Origin: Lama guanicoe
Taxonomy: Eukaryota
Assembly: GCA_013239625.1 (NCBI GenBank)
Contig: MU056050.1
Location: 7,296,773 to 7,360,772 of the forward strand
Direction of reading: 5' to 3'
DNA length: 64,000 nt
This document shows, piece after piece, positions 25,900-38,070 of the stretch; position 1 is the stretch's first letter, and every line of letters begins with the position of its first letter. A program made the position numbers and the translations under genes. Under the pieces are notes generated by a model that searched no databases, had not been told where the DNA came from, and saw only the letters and a list, made by a program, of their open reading frames with translations.

Positions 25900-26560
25900 A
25901 CTTTTTTCCCTTTTATTTTATTGAGACTATTTTTTTTAGATAAGTTTAAGGTTCACAGTAAAACTGATAGGAAGATACAAAGACTTTCCAGATACTCCCT
26001 GCCCCCATATACGTATACCCTCCCTCATTAACAACGTCCCCCATCAGAATTGTATAACCAGACTGGTATAGTTTGTTACAATTGATGAACCAACGTGGAC
26101 ACATCATAATCATCTGAAGTCTACAGTTTATATTAGGGTCACTCTTGGTGTTGTACATTTTACAGGTTGGGACAAATGTACAATGACATGCATCCATCAT
26201 TATGATACCATACAGAATATTTTCACTGCCCTAAAAATCCTCTGTGCTCTGCCTATTCATCTCTCCCTCCTGCAACCTCTGGCAACCACTGATCTTTTTA
26301 CTATACCTATAGTTTTGTCTTTCTCCAGAATATCATAGAGTTGGAATCATACAGTATGCGGTCTCTCCAGATTGACTTCTTCCACTTAGTAATATGCATG
26401 CAAGTTTCCTCTATGTCTTTTCATGGCTTGATAGCTCATTTTTTGGGCACTGAATAATATTCCATTATCTGGATGACTACAGTTTATTTATTCATTCACC
26501 TAATAGAGGACATTGTGGTTGCTTCCAAATTTTGGCAATTATGAATGAAACTGCTATAAA
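25900..26560 (-). mobile_element. Second L1 3' UTR fragment nested in the L1MB-like element
   Basis: 'gtttaaggttcacagtaaaactg...ggcaaccactgatctttttacta...gttggaatcatacagtatg'. Flanking tatttcact / tatttcatt. Confidence 0.75.
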
Positions 26561-26978
26561 CAGCCAACTTGTTAGGAATGAGTGTTAAATTTCAACCTCC
26601 TTAGATGCAGAACCGGACACTGTTAAGTTCTATTTCATTTCTTGTCATGGCTGAATAATATTCCATTGTAGAGATATATCACAATTTGTTTATAGTACTG
26701 ATAGACATGTAGGCTGTTTCTACCTGTCGATTAGGCTGTTTCTACCTGTTGATTACTGTGAACATTACTCTTATGAACATGCATGTACATGTATTTATTT
26801 GAGTACCTATTTTCAATTCTTTTGGGTATTACTTAGGAGTAATATTACTAGGTCATATAATAATTCTATGTTTAAATTTTTGAGGAACCACCAAACTTTT
26901 CCACAGCAGCTGAATCATTTTACATCCTTGCTAGCAATTTAGGAGGGTCCCAATTTCACAATCCTCATAAACAGTTGA

Positions 26979-27828
26979 AATGAGATATCACCTCACATCA
27001 GTCAGAACAGCCATCATTAAAAAGTCCACAAACAATAAATGCTGGAGAGGCTGTGGAGAAAAGGGAACCCTCCTACACTGTTGGTGGGAATGTAGTTTGG
27101 TGCTGCCATCATGGAAAACAGTATGAAGAGTCCTCAAAAGACTAAAAATAGACTTACCATATGATCCAGCTATCCCACTCCTGGGCATATATCCAAAGGG
27201 AAACTTAATTCAAAAAGATACATGCACCCCCAATGTTCATAGCAGCACTATTTACAATAGCTAAGACTTGGAAACAACCTAAATGTCCATTGACAGATGA
27301 CTGGATAAAAAAGCTGTGGTATATTTTCCAATGGAATACTACACAGCCATAAAACACAATAAAATAATGCCATTTGCAGCAACATGGATGGACCTGGAAA
27401 ATGTCATTCTAAGTGAAGTAGGCCAGAAAGAGAAAGAAAAATACCATATGATATCAGTTGTATGTGGAATCTAAAAAAAAAAAAGACAAACGAACTCATT
27501 TACAAAACAGAAACAGACACACGTAGAAAACAAACTTATGGTTACCAGAGGGGAAGGGTGTGGGAAGGGGTAAATTGGGAGTTGGAGATTTGCAGATACT
27601 AACTACTATATACAAAATAGATAAACAACAAGTTTATACAGTATAGCACAGGGAACTATATTCAATATCTTGTAGTAACTCATGGTGAAAAAGAATATGA
27701 AAATGAATATGTGTATGTTCCTATATGACTGAAGTATTGTGCTGTACACCAGAAATTGATACAACACTGTAAACTGACTATACTTCAATAAAAATATAAA
27801 AAAAGAGAAATAGAAAATCCTAAAAAAA
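26979..27828 (+). mobile_element. Young, 5'-truncated L1 (ORF2 C-terminus + 3' UTR + poly A)
   Basis: 'aatgagatatcacctcacatcagtcagaacagccatcattaaaaagtcc...ccatatgatccagctatcccactcctgggcatatatcc'. TSD aaacagttga at 26969-26978 and 27829-27838. Confidence 0.92.
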
Positions 27829-30142
27829 AAACAGTTGATGTTTTCTGCTTTTTAGATTCTAGCCACCCTGGTGGATGAGAAGTGGTATCTTGTGGTTTGG
27901 ATTTGCATTTCCCTAATTACTAACGATGTTGAGCTTTTTTTAAAATGTGCTTTGTGGCCACTTGTATATCTTCTTTGGCAAAATGTCTACTCAAGTCCTT
28001 AACCTATTTTTGACTGAGTTGTCTTTTTGTAGAGTTGTAAGAATTCTTTATATGTTTTGCATACTACACCCTTGCCAGATATTTGATTTGCAAATTTTGC
28101 AAATATTTCCTCTGTTTCTCTATTTCTTTTTCTCTCTTTTGATTTTCATACTTTTACAATTGAGAAATAATTGACATTATAACATTAAATTTGTTTCAAG
28201 TTTACAACATGATTCAATGTTTGTGTATATTGTCAAATGAGCACCACAATAAATCTAGTTAACATTCATCTCTTTTCCTCTTTTTATTTCTCTCAGTCTC
28301 CTCCTGTCAGATTGAGTTTTTCCGTAGAGTTGCTTGTTTCTGACTACTCTTCTGGTGGTCTTTTGGTATCAGTCTGTCTCTATCATGTCTCTGTTTACTC
28401 TTGCTCCCTCTCCCTGCCCCTCCCTCTCTGCTTCCTCTCCCTTTCTCCCTCTTCTCTTTCTTTTTCACTTTCTCTTTCTATTGCTGTCTTCCTGTCAGTC
28501 TCCATATCTGTCACTGTCTCCCTCTTTCTCACTATTTTTCTCTCCCCACAGCCATCTCTCAGTCTGACTGTCTCTCTGTCTGTCCATTTAATTGGCTCTC
28601 TTTATCTCTCTCTCTCCACTTTTTGTCTGGCTCGGTGTCTTTCTGATCATCTCTCGGTCAATTTGTCTCTCTATCAGTTGGCTGATCTCTCTTTTCCCTG
28701 TCTCTTTTGGTGCATCTGTCTCCCTCTACATTTCTCTTTCTATGCTGGTCTTTCCCTCTGTCTCTGTCCCCCTAAGTGTGTATCTCAGTATGTGTCTTAA
28801 TCAGTCTCTCTCTGTCTCTGTCATGTTCTTTCTTCTCTCCTGACTCTTCTTCTCTTTCTGTATCTGCTTCTCTGTCTGAAACAGTTTCTTTTGGTCTCTT
28901 TCTATTTCTCTCTCCTTGTCTGTTTCTCTCCATCTTTCTATTGCTCTGCCTGTCAGCCTCTGAGTCTGTCTCTCCATCTAACTCCCCATCTTTTTCTCAG
29001 TGTCTCTCTCCCTTGCTTTTCCAACATAACTCTGTCTGGCCAACTATATCTGACTGACTATTTCACTGTCCCTCTATTTGTTTTTCTCTCTCTCTCACTA
29101 CCTGTCTGTCTGCTTTTTTTTTTTCTGTCTCTTGTAGTGTTTTTTTCTATGTTGGTCTGTTTCTGGCTCTGTGTGCACCTCCTTCTCCTCTCTCTAATCC
29201 TTGCTCCTTTTCTCTCACTCACTCTGTATATTCTCCCTGCTTCTCCCTCTGTCTTCCTGTCTCTCACTCTATTTCCTTTCTCTCTGCAACTCCTCCTCCC
29301 CACTACTGTGCCTGTCTGTCTTTAATGAGTGTGACTCTCTTCCTTTCTCTCTATGTGTCCATTTCATGTTCTCTTTTCTTCTTGACTCTTTTTCTCCCTC
29401 AGTTTCTGTCTCTTCTTCAGTTTCCTCTAGTTCTTTAGCTTTCTCTATTTTTGAGTCTCTCTTTCTCTCTGTACCACCTTCTCTTTTTTTGACTCTCTTC
29501 CTCATTCTGTTTTCCATCTGTTTCAGTCTATGTCCATCTCTCTCTCCCTGTTCCTCACTGCTATTTCTGTCCCTCTTTCCTTTTTCTGTCTCCCTATCTT
29601 GTCTTTCAGTTTCTCTGTGTCTCCACCTGTTTGCTTCTCTGTGTCTATCTGTGCGTCTCTCTTGATGTGCTTCTATCTCTCTATATTTGTCTGTTCATCT
29701 CTATCCCTTTATCAATCCGTGTTTCCCTCTGCCTCTCTTTTTTTCCCACCTGTCTGTCTCTGTCTCTTTTTCTTTGTCTGTCCTTCCTTGTCTGCCCGTT
29801 CTGCCTCTGTCCAACTCTGTCCATTCCTATTTTTTTGCCTGTCTGTCTATTTCTCACTGACCATCTATCTGCTTTCCCTTTGAAACTGCTATGGAGATTG
29901 ATGTTAATGGCACTAGTGTTTGATAAAAGCTAAACTGTAAATCTCTTCTCAACCTCTGCCAGTTGGATACATGCATCTCAAAGAAAGGACTTACAGTCCC
30001 TGGCTTGCCAAAAATGCATGGATTATACTGACTTTCTGAAATATAAGTCTAATATGTCAACTGGGTACCGTTAAAGCACAGGTATACACTGTGATATCTT
30101 TCAAGCATTGTTACCTATTTGTTCATTATTGAAAAATACATG

Positions 30143-30540
30143 TCATTCTAAGTGAAGTAAGCCAGAAAGAGAAAGAAAAATACCATATGAGATCGCTCAT
30201 ATGTGGAATCTAAAAAACAAAAACAAAAACAAACAAATAAACAAACAAGCATAAACACAAAACAGAAACAGACCCATAGACACAGAATAGAGACTTGTGG
30301 TTGCCAGGGGGGTGGAGAGTGGGAAGGGATAGATTGGGATTTCAAAATTGTAGAATAGATAAACAAGATTACACTGTATAGCACAGGGAAATATACACAA
30401 AATGTTATGATAAATCACAGAGAAAAAAATGTGACAATGAGTGTGTATATGTCCATGAATGACTGAAAAATTGTGCTGAACACTGGAATTGGACACAACA
30501 TTGTAAAATGATTATAAATCAATAAAAAATGTTAAAAAAA
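30143..30540 (+). mobile_element. Young L1 3' end
   Basis: 'tcattctaagtgaagtaagccagaaagagaaagaaaaataccatatg' is nearly identical to 27404-27450. Ends aataaaaaatgttaaaaaaa. Confidence 0.88.
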
Positions 30541-31304
30541 GCATGCCTTGCAAACCTTTCACTGAACTTACATTTTATATAAGCTTCCAGAAGTCAAGAA
30601 GGTTGAGAAACTCTATTCTAATAGGATTAAGAGTTAAGGAACAGACCACATAAAATATAGACCCTGAACAAACTGTCCTAGAAATTGTATTTTCACTGAA
30701 ACATAGAGTAATCCAGAATTCTGCAGACTTCATTACATCAGAACAATCACTTGATTTTGGCCTGACAATCTAGTTTGGTAATCTTATGCTCCAAGTCTTT
30801 AGAGGCATTAAACTTCTCTGTGGCTCAGTTTCTTTGTCTATAAAATAAGGCTTACGATAATAAATGACCTCAGAGGGTTGTTATGAGGAATACATTAATA
30901 ATCCATGTCAAGCCCTTAGAACAGTGCCTGGCATAGTAGGAGCTCAAAATGTTATTATTACTTCTACTGTTGTTATTATTGCACTTATTGTCACTGTTAT
31001 TATTATATAAACATCAAAATAGCAAATCTGCTCCCTAAGCAGCTTCCTTATCTAAAAAATGAACTGTACCTCTAAGATCATTTATGGCTCTATGTTTCTA
31101 GAATTCCATGTGTTTCTGAGTACTAAGTACATGGGGTCATATTTTAGTATCAGGCTCCATGATACAATTTTTATTCTCAAAATTTGTCACATCTGAGGGT
31201 TACAACAGAAAGGAAAAAACCATGAGGAAAAACGTTCAACTTTCAAACATTTCCAAATCCAATCTAGTAGCTGCAAACATCTGCTTTCTCTTTGACTTAT
31301 TTAC

Positions 31305-31882
31305 CTCTCACAGGATCACAACCAAAAACATAAACTGAGGAACAACTTTCATTGCCATTCTTTCTCCAATGCTGCCCATATCAGACATTTCCACAAAGAG
31401 ATGAGGATTTGGATCCCATACTAGCTCGAGCCCACTTTTCAATAGAGATGTGTTCTTTGCTTCAAATTGCTGTCTGTGGATGTTGTACTTGACCTGGGAA
31501 TGGTATTCATGGATGTGGTGTCTTTCTTGGGAATGCTGTCCATGAATATTGTACTTTGCCTCGGAATACTGTCTATGGATAGTGTACTTTATTTTGGATG
31601 TAATTTGTGGCTAAATCCTCTCTCACACTGAGGGACTCTTGAACATTGTTCAACCTTGATTTCCTCTTTGTAGCTCCTTCTCCTGCACAGCTTCTGAAGG
31701 AGAACTGTGTTAGTGTATACTTGTGTTTTACATTTCTGGTATTTTGGGTTTGCAATTTGACTGTTAGCAAGCTCATTAATGCCTTCTCCAGACTGAGTGG
31801 ATCTCATCCTTAAAACTGTGTTCAATAAATATAATTTGGCCTGCTGTTTCCATTTCTGGATGGATAAGCTGGGGGTGAGGGC
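31305..31882 (-). other. Candidate 578-nt exon (possibly decayed coding exon) with an internal 33-bp tandem repeat
   Basis: Acceptor ttcttccttttcccctatAG|GCC and donor GAG|GTAAAT. 97 open codons from the acceptor in phase 0. Four 33-bp units at 31468-31599. Confidence 0.45.
31468..31599. repeat. Degenerate minisatellite, 4 x 33 bp
   Basis: tgctgtctgtggatgttgtacttgacctgggaa / tggtattcatggatgtggtgtctttcttgggaa / tgctgtccatgaatattgtactttgcctcggaa / tactgtctatggatagtgtactttattttggat, with no indels. Confidence 0.9.
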
Positions 31883-32771
31883 CTATAGGGGAAAAGGAAG
31901 AATATCAATCAGCAAATTGACTTTGGACCTGAGAGAACAGCCTGGGGAATAAAATTTCTAACTTATTAGCTAGGCAAAGCAATTGGCAATGGTTACCCTC
32001 TGAAAAAGATGAAAACTATGGAAGCACAAAGCATATTAATTCAGGCAAAAGCCATTACTTCCAAATATCTTGGTATAATGTACCCTGCACTGTGGTAAAT
32101 GAATTTTCACCTTTGGAGGCACAATGCTACATAATTTTTCAGAATATTTCCTATGACTAAAGCATAAAATTTCCATACATTCTGCAAGAATTCTCAGATC
32201 TTAATTACCTATTCTTCTACTTTCTTCATCTTCAAGATTTGTCTTGGAATGAAAATGTCAAATTCCCTGTAGGTACGTGGTAACACTCATCTATCCTTAA
32301 CACCTACCTTGTCTCCACTCCCTAATCTTGCCAGCATTAGCATACCTGTGCTTATTCATACACGTTTGCTCCCTTATAAACTCTTGCCACTCACCCCTGT
32401 AGTCATGTAAAATGCATTTTGTCCAAGCTGTACAGGTGAAAGAACAAGGTCATGTATTAAGGAATATTGACCTTGTGGGGCAGATTCATATAATTTACAC
32501 ACTATACCAACAGGAAGCATCCTGTTTAGTTCCTACACCTTCACCTTCTCTGCAACAAGGCTTGACAGGCAGCAAAAAATAACCTGTTGTGGCTGAATTA
32601 TTTGTCCACGCTTTAAGATGGCCAGAGAGGAAAGAGAGAAGAGATCACCAGTGCAAAAACAGTTCTGTTTCTTTCTTTCTTTTTTTTTTTACCACCACTT
32701 TTCAGAATGGGGATTCAGCTGTATTTAAGTATCCTGACCTTTGGGTGGTCATTCATTGGCCTTATTTTTTC

Positions 32772-35567
32772 TTTTTAATTAAACTTTTAATTAGAGATAA
32801 TTACAGATTCAGCTGTAGGTATACGAAAGAGTACAAGAGATCCTATGTGTCCTTTACCCATTTCCTCCCAATGGTGGCATCCTGTAAAACTATAGTATAA
32901 TATAACAACCAGGATATTGACATTGATATGGTCAAGATAAAAACATTTCCATCACAGGGTTCCCTCATGTTGTGCTTTTATAGTCATACCCACTTCACTC
33001 TCTCACCACCTCCCCTTTTAACACTTGGCAACCACCAATCTGTTCTCTATTTCTATAATTTTGTAGTTTCAAGAATGTTATATAAGTGGAATCATGTATT
33101 ATGTAACCTTTCAGAATTGGCTTTTTTTCAGTCAGCATAATTCTCTGGAGACTCATCCATGTTGTTGGATGTATTTACCCTTTGATTCTCTCTATTGCTA
33201 ATTAGTATTCCATGATATGGATATACCACAATCCATTTAACCATTCTCCCACTGCGGGACATATGGGTTGTTTGTAGTTTTTGGTTACTATAAATAAAGC
33301 TGCTATAAACATTCATGTACAGGTTTTTGTATCTCTGGGGTCAATGCCCAAGAGTGCAATTGCTTGGTCATGTGGTAGTTGCATGTTTAGTTTTTTAAAG
33401 AAACAACCACACTTTCCCACAGTGGCTATACCATTTTACACTCCTACCAACAAGATATTAGTGATTCAGTTTCTCTCCTACTTGGCCAGAATTTGGCGAT
33501 GTCATTATTTTTAATTTTAGCCATTCCGATAAATGATAGCTCATTGTGATTTTAATTTGCATTTCTTTAGTGACTAATGATATTGAGCATCTTTTCAAGT
33601 ACTTATTTGCCATCTGTATACACTTGTCAATGAAATATCTATTCATATTTTTTGCTCATTTTACAATTGGATTATTTCATTTCTTACTGTTGAATTTGGG
33701 AGTTCTTTATACATCCTAGTTACTAATGCTTTGTTGGATATATGGTTTGCAAATGTTTTCTCCTAGTCTGTAGCTTGTGTTTTCATTCTATCAATAGAGT
33801 CTTTCACAGAATAAAAGTGTAATTTTAATGAAGTATAAGTTGTCAATTTATCCTTTTATGGAATGTGCTTTTGGTGTTGCCCAAGTAAACTCTTTGCCTA
33901 ACTCCAGGTTCCAAAGATTTTCTCCTATTTTTTTTTCTGTAAAAGTTTAATAATTTTACATTTTAAAATTAAGTCTATCATCCATTTTGAGTTACTTTTT
34001 GTATAAGGAGTGAAGTTTAGATCTAGGTTTTTTTTTCCCCTATAGATGTCTAATTGCTCCAGCACCACTGGTTGAAAAGATTATCCTCCTTCCATTTAAT
34101 TACTTTTGAATCTTTGAAAAATCAGTTGGGTGAATTTGTGTAGGTCTATTTCTCTGTTTTCTATTTTGTCCCAACGATTTATGTATCTATCACTTAAATA
34201 GTACCACACAGTCTTGATTACTATAGGTATATAGCAAGACAACATTGAGTAGATTGATTCCTCTGAATATATTCTTTTTTCAAGCTTAACTTAGCTCTTC
34301 TTGATCCTGTGCCTTTCCATACAAATGTTAGGATAAAGTTGTCTATGTCTCCAAAAATACCTTGCTGGAATTTTGATAGGAATTGCATGGAACCTAAAGA
34401 TCAATTTGGATAGTACTGACATCTTTACTATGTTGTGCCTCCTGTTACATGATCATAGTGTGTTTCTCCATTTATTTGGGTTTTATTTTATTTCTTTCAT
34501 TAGTGTTTTGTAAATTTCAGCATACAGAGCCTGCACATGTTTTGGTTAATTTATACTTAAGTATTTCATTTTATTTGGATAATTTTAAATGGGTGTATTT
34601 TAAATTTCAGTGTCCAAGTACTCATTGCTAATACATAGAAATACAATAGATTTTTGTTTGCTTATCTTGTATCCTGCAACCTTGCTGAATTCACATATTA
34701 GTTCTAGGATCTTTTTGTTGTCGTTGTTAGATTCTTTGGGATTTTCTATGTACATGATCATGTCATTTGCAATCATTCTGATCTGTATGCTTTTTACTTC
34801 CTTTTTCTGATTTATTTCATTGGTTAAAACTACTAATGTTATGTTGAGTAAAAGTGGTAAGAGTGAACATCCTTGTTTCTTTACTAGTCTTAGGGAGAAA
34901 GCAATTCACTCTTTCATCAGAAGTACAATGTTAGCCACAGGTTCTTAGTAGATATTCTTTGTCAAGTTAAGGAAATTACCGTCTATTCCTATTTTTTTTT
35001 TGAGAGTTTTTATAATGAATGGTGTTTAATTTTTTAAATTCTTTGTCTGAATTAATTGATATGATTTTGTGATTTTTCATCTTTAGCTTGTTAATATAAT
35101 AGATTACATTGCTTAATTTTCAAATGTTAAACCATCCCTGCAGCCCTTGGCCATAGTGTATATTTCCTTTTATATATTGTTGAATTTTGTTTGCTCATAT
35201 TTTGTTAAGGATTTTACATCTATATTCATGAGGGATACCATAATATAGTTTTCTGTTCTGTACTGTCATTGTCTCATGTTGATAGCAGGGAAATATTAGT
35301 TTCATAAAAATCAGTTGAAAATTGTTCTCTCCTATTTTATTTCTTGGAAGAGATTGTGAAGAATTGGTGCTAATTCTTTAGAAGCTTGATAGAATTCTTT
35401 AGGGAAACCATTTGGCTACAGAAATTTGATTTAGGGAGATTTTAAATTATGAATTCAATTTCCTTAATAGGTATAAAGCTGTTCAAATTACTTATTTTAT
35501 ATTGACTTTTGGTGGTTTGTGTTTTTTGAGGAAGTGGTCCATTTCATATAAGATGTCAAATGTATTG
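32772..35567 (-). mobile_element. Old L1 (L1MC-like) 3' UTR and degenerate ORF2
   Basis: 'tttaattagagataattacagattc...ggcaaccaccaatctgttctctatttctat...tttgcatttctttagtgactaatgatattgagcatcttttc...gatcatgtcatttgcaa'. Confidence 0.88.
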
Positions 35568-36897
35568 GGTACATCAAGATGGCAGTACAGGAGATCCCAG
35601 CCTCTGTCCCCAACAAAGATCAACAATTATACAGCTATCCATGATCAAAAACAGTTCTGGGAGAGCTCCAAACTCCACTTAAGAAAGTTCAGTAACACAG
35701 TAAAAGAAAACAAAACAAAAAAACCCTGAGAATAATTGCACAAAAAGTGAAGGAAGAACAGCTTCATTTTGCCTGCATCATCCCATCTCCTAAGCCAGCA
35801 TTGCTTAGTGCTTATTGCCAAGAGGGAGTGCTCTAGCTAGAAAGAGTTCCTGATGCTGGGAAAGGAAGAGTGGGATGAGCCACTAGGTTCTGTAGCCTTT
35901 TGGGTCACTACAGGAAGGACTCACTTTAGTTTCACCCCACCCAGAGACTGGCAAAACCGAGATGAACAGAGATCACTAGGAATAAGGAAGAAAAACAAGG
36001 ACTGCCAATATTAGCCACACAACAGGAGTGGCTGTGGTTCCCAGTGACCTGCTCTGCAGATGACCCAACAGCTTTTCTCACTGAAGAAACCAATGGCCAG
36101 CACAGCTGCTGTGGATTCCTGCAGATGTCACCATTTTTCATCTCATAGGTATTCACATTCACTTCTGCCAGCTGCCTGAGTCTCTTCCTCCCTCCCTGCC
36201 AAAGGCTGGGAACTCTACCAAATGCCAGCCCAGGCCAATGCAGCTGCACCAGAGCAAGACACCACCTTAGACCCTCCATGACTGACACAAGGCCCCCCAT
36301 AGCTGCTGTGGGTCAGGATTCAGCCCTAAATCCTGACACTGGCCTTCAACATCAGGCTCATCTGCAACTAGCCTCCTTAGCCTCCTCAAGCTATATTACA
36401 AACCTACAGTAAACAAACCAGTGTGATACTGGCATAAAAACAGATACATAGACCAATGGAACAGAATCAAGAGCTCAGAAAAATAATCCTGCATCTATGG
36501 TCAACTAATATTTGACAAAGGAGTCAACAATATTCAATGGGGAAAGAATAGTCTCTTCAATAAGTGGTGTTGGGAAAACTGGACTTTCACTTGCAAAAGA
36601 ATGAAATTGGATCCTTATCTTATACCTCTCACAAAATTAACTTAAAATGGATTAAAGGCTAAAATGCATGACCTGAAATTATAAAAGTACTAGAAGAAAA
36701 TACAGAGAAAGAACTCCTTCACACTGATCTTGGTAACAAATTTTTGAATATGACACCAAAAGTGCAAGTAACAAAGACAAATATAAATGAGATTATGTCA
36801 AACTAGAAAACTTCTGCACAGCAAAACAAATAATTAGAAAAGTGAAAAGGCAACCTACAGAATGTGAGAAAATATTTGCAAACCATCTATCTGATAA
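35568..36897 (+). mobile_element. L1 5' UTR-like segment joined to a distal ORF2 fragment (internally deleted L1)
   Basis: Begins 'gggtacatcaagatggcag'. From about 36390 it has ORF2 motifs 'gatactggcataaaaacagatacatagaccaatggaacagaat...gtctcttcaataagtggtgttgggaaaactgg'. Confidence 0.7.
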
Positions 36898-38070
36898 GCA
36901 TGTTCATAATTTGTCATTGAAATATTTTCATCGTGGCTGCTTTGAAATCTTTATCAGGTAATTCCAACATCTCTGTCATCTCAGTGTTTGCATCTATTGA
37001 TAGTTGTTCTCATTCAGTTTGAAATCTTCATGGTTCTTGGTATGATGAGTGATTTTCAGTTGAAACCTGTAGATTTTGTATATTGTATATTACAATATAT
37101 TTGTAATTATTTTTATATTTTGTATATTATGAGGCTTTGGATCTTATTTAAACTTTCTGTTTTAGTCAGCATTATTTAACATCATTCTAGCAGGGGTAAG
37201 GAGGTGTTGCCTCATTACTGCCAGGTGGAGGTAGAAGTCTAGGTCCCCCACTTAGCCTCCTTTGACATGGAACGTGGTCTTCTCATTACTGATGGGCAGG
37301 GGTCTGAGTTCCAGCTCCCCATGTAGTCTCCACTGACACCTGCTGGTGGTGGCCTTGTTACCCCTGGGTGATAATGACAGTCATGAATCTCTATTACCTA
37401 TTCTGACACCACAATAGTGGGGAGGGGAAGCCTTATGACTTCCAATTGTCAGAGAGGAGTAGAAGCCCAAGCTCCCCAGATGATCTCCCTTGATAAAGTG
37501 GGGAGAGGGAGGAGTGGTTCATTTCTGGTTAGTGGCAATTAAATTTACAGATAGGTTTCTTGTCTTCTCTGACACTACCCTGGCAGGGGTCTCTGACAAA
37601 GGCTCTGGAGTGCCTCATTAGAGCCTTGTGGCAGATGGAAATCTAGGGTCTCCTCTTGGCTGGGAGTGAGTGGGAATAGGGCTGCAGTTTTCTCTGTGCT
37701 GTTTGGCTGGAATAGAGCATTTAGCTATTGTCTATAAGATTTCCATCTTACTAAGCTGCTCTTTTCTGGTCCTTTGGTGACAGAAAGCAGGTTTTGTTTG
37801 GGCTTTCTGGGGTCTGTACCCATTGGTGTTCCTGGGTTGCCAGCTTCTTCAGCTCCTAGTGTGAGACATATGAGGAAAAAAGAAAATCCACTGAACTCAA
37901 CACCACATCATTCTTCAGGTTCCAAGGTTCCTAGACATTCTGCCTTCTCCTCTGTACCTTTCAGTCTTCTTATTAGTTTTTATATATAATATCCAGAGTT
38001 TTTAGTAGTACTTAGTGGGAGGAATAGAGAAAACTATGTCTACTCCATCTTTCTGGAAGCAGAAGTCTCC
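36898..38070 (-). mobile_element. Old L1 5'-end region (continuation of the host element)
   Basis: 'ggctgctttgaaatctttatcaggtaattccaacatctctgtcatctcagtg...gtctactccatctttctggaagcagaagtc'. Confidence 0.6.

Larger units (their letters stand above)
25566..28110 (-). mobile_element. Old L1 (L1MB-like) 3' region hosting nested L1 insertions
   Basis: 'ttttattgaggtgagattcacataccataaaa...aatggaatcataca', resuming at about 26632 and 27839 ('gtggtttggatttgcatttccctaat'). Confidence 0.85.
23537..29880. repeat. Long degenerate (TC)/(TCTG)-rich low-complexity tract; about 3.2 kb net in three blocks (23537-23933, 24410-25565, 28268-29880) separated by TE insertions
   Basis: Plus strand is overwhelmingly C/T with interspersed tg (tctctgtctgtc...). 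It produces many spurious Ser/Leu/Phe/Cys-rich ORFs. Confidence 0.95.

Noticed and set aside
23496..29933. Many 100-190 aa hydrophobic (S/L/F/C/V) or R/E/K-rich ORFs
   Set aside because: Artefacts of the CT-rich low-complexity tract, which is depleted in stop codons. They overlap in all frames and show no splice or codon structure.
31468..31599. 33-bp periodicity resembling a CRISPR array
   Set aside because: The units are contiguous and degenerate with no spacers, and this is eukaryotic DNA.
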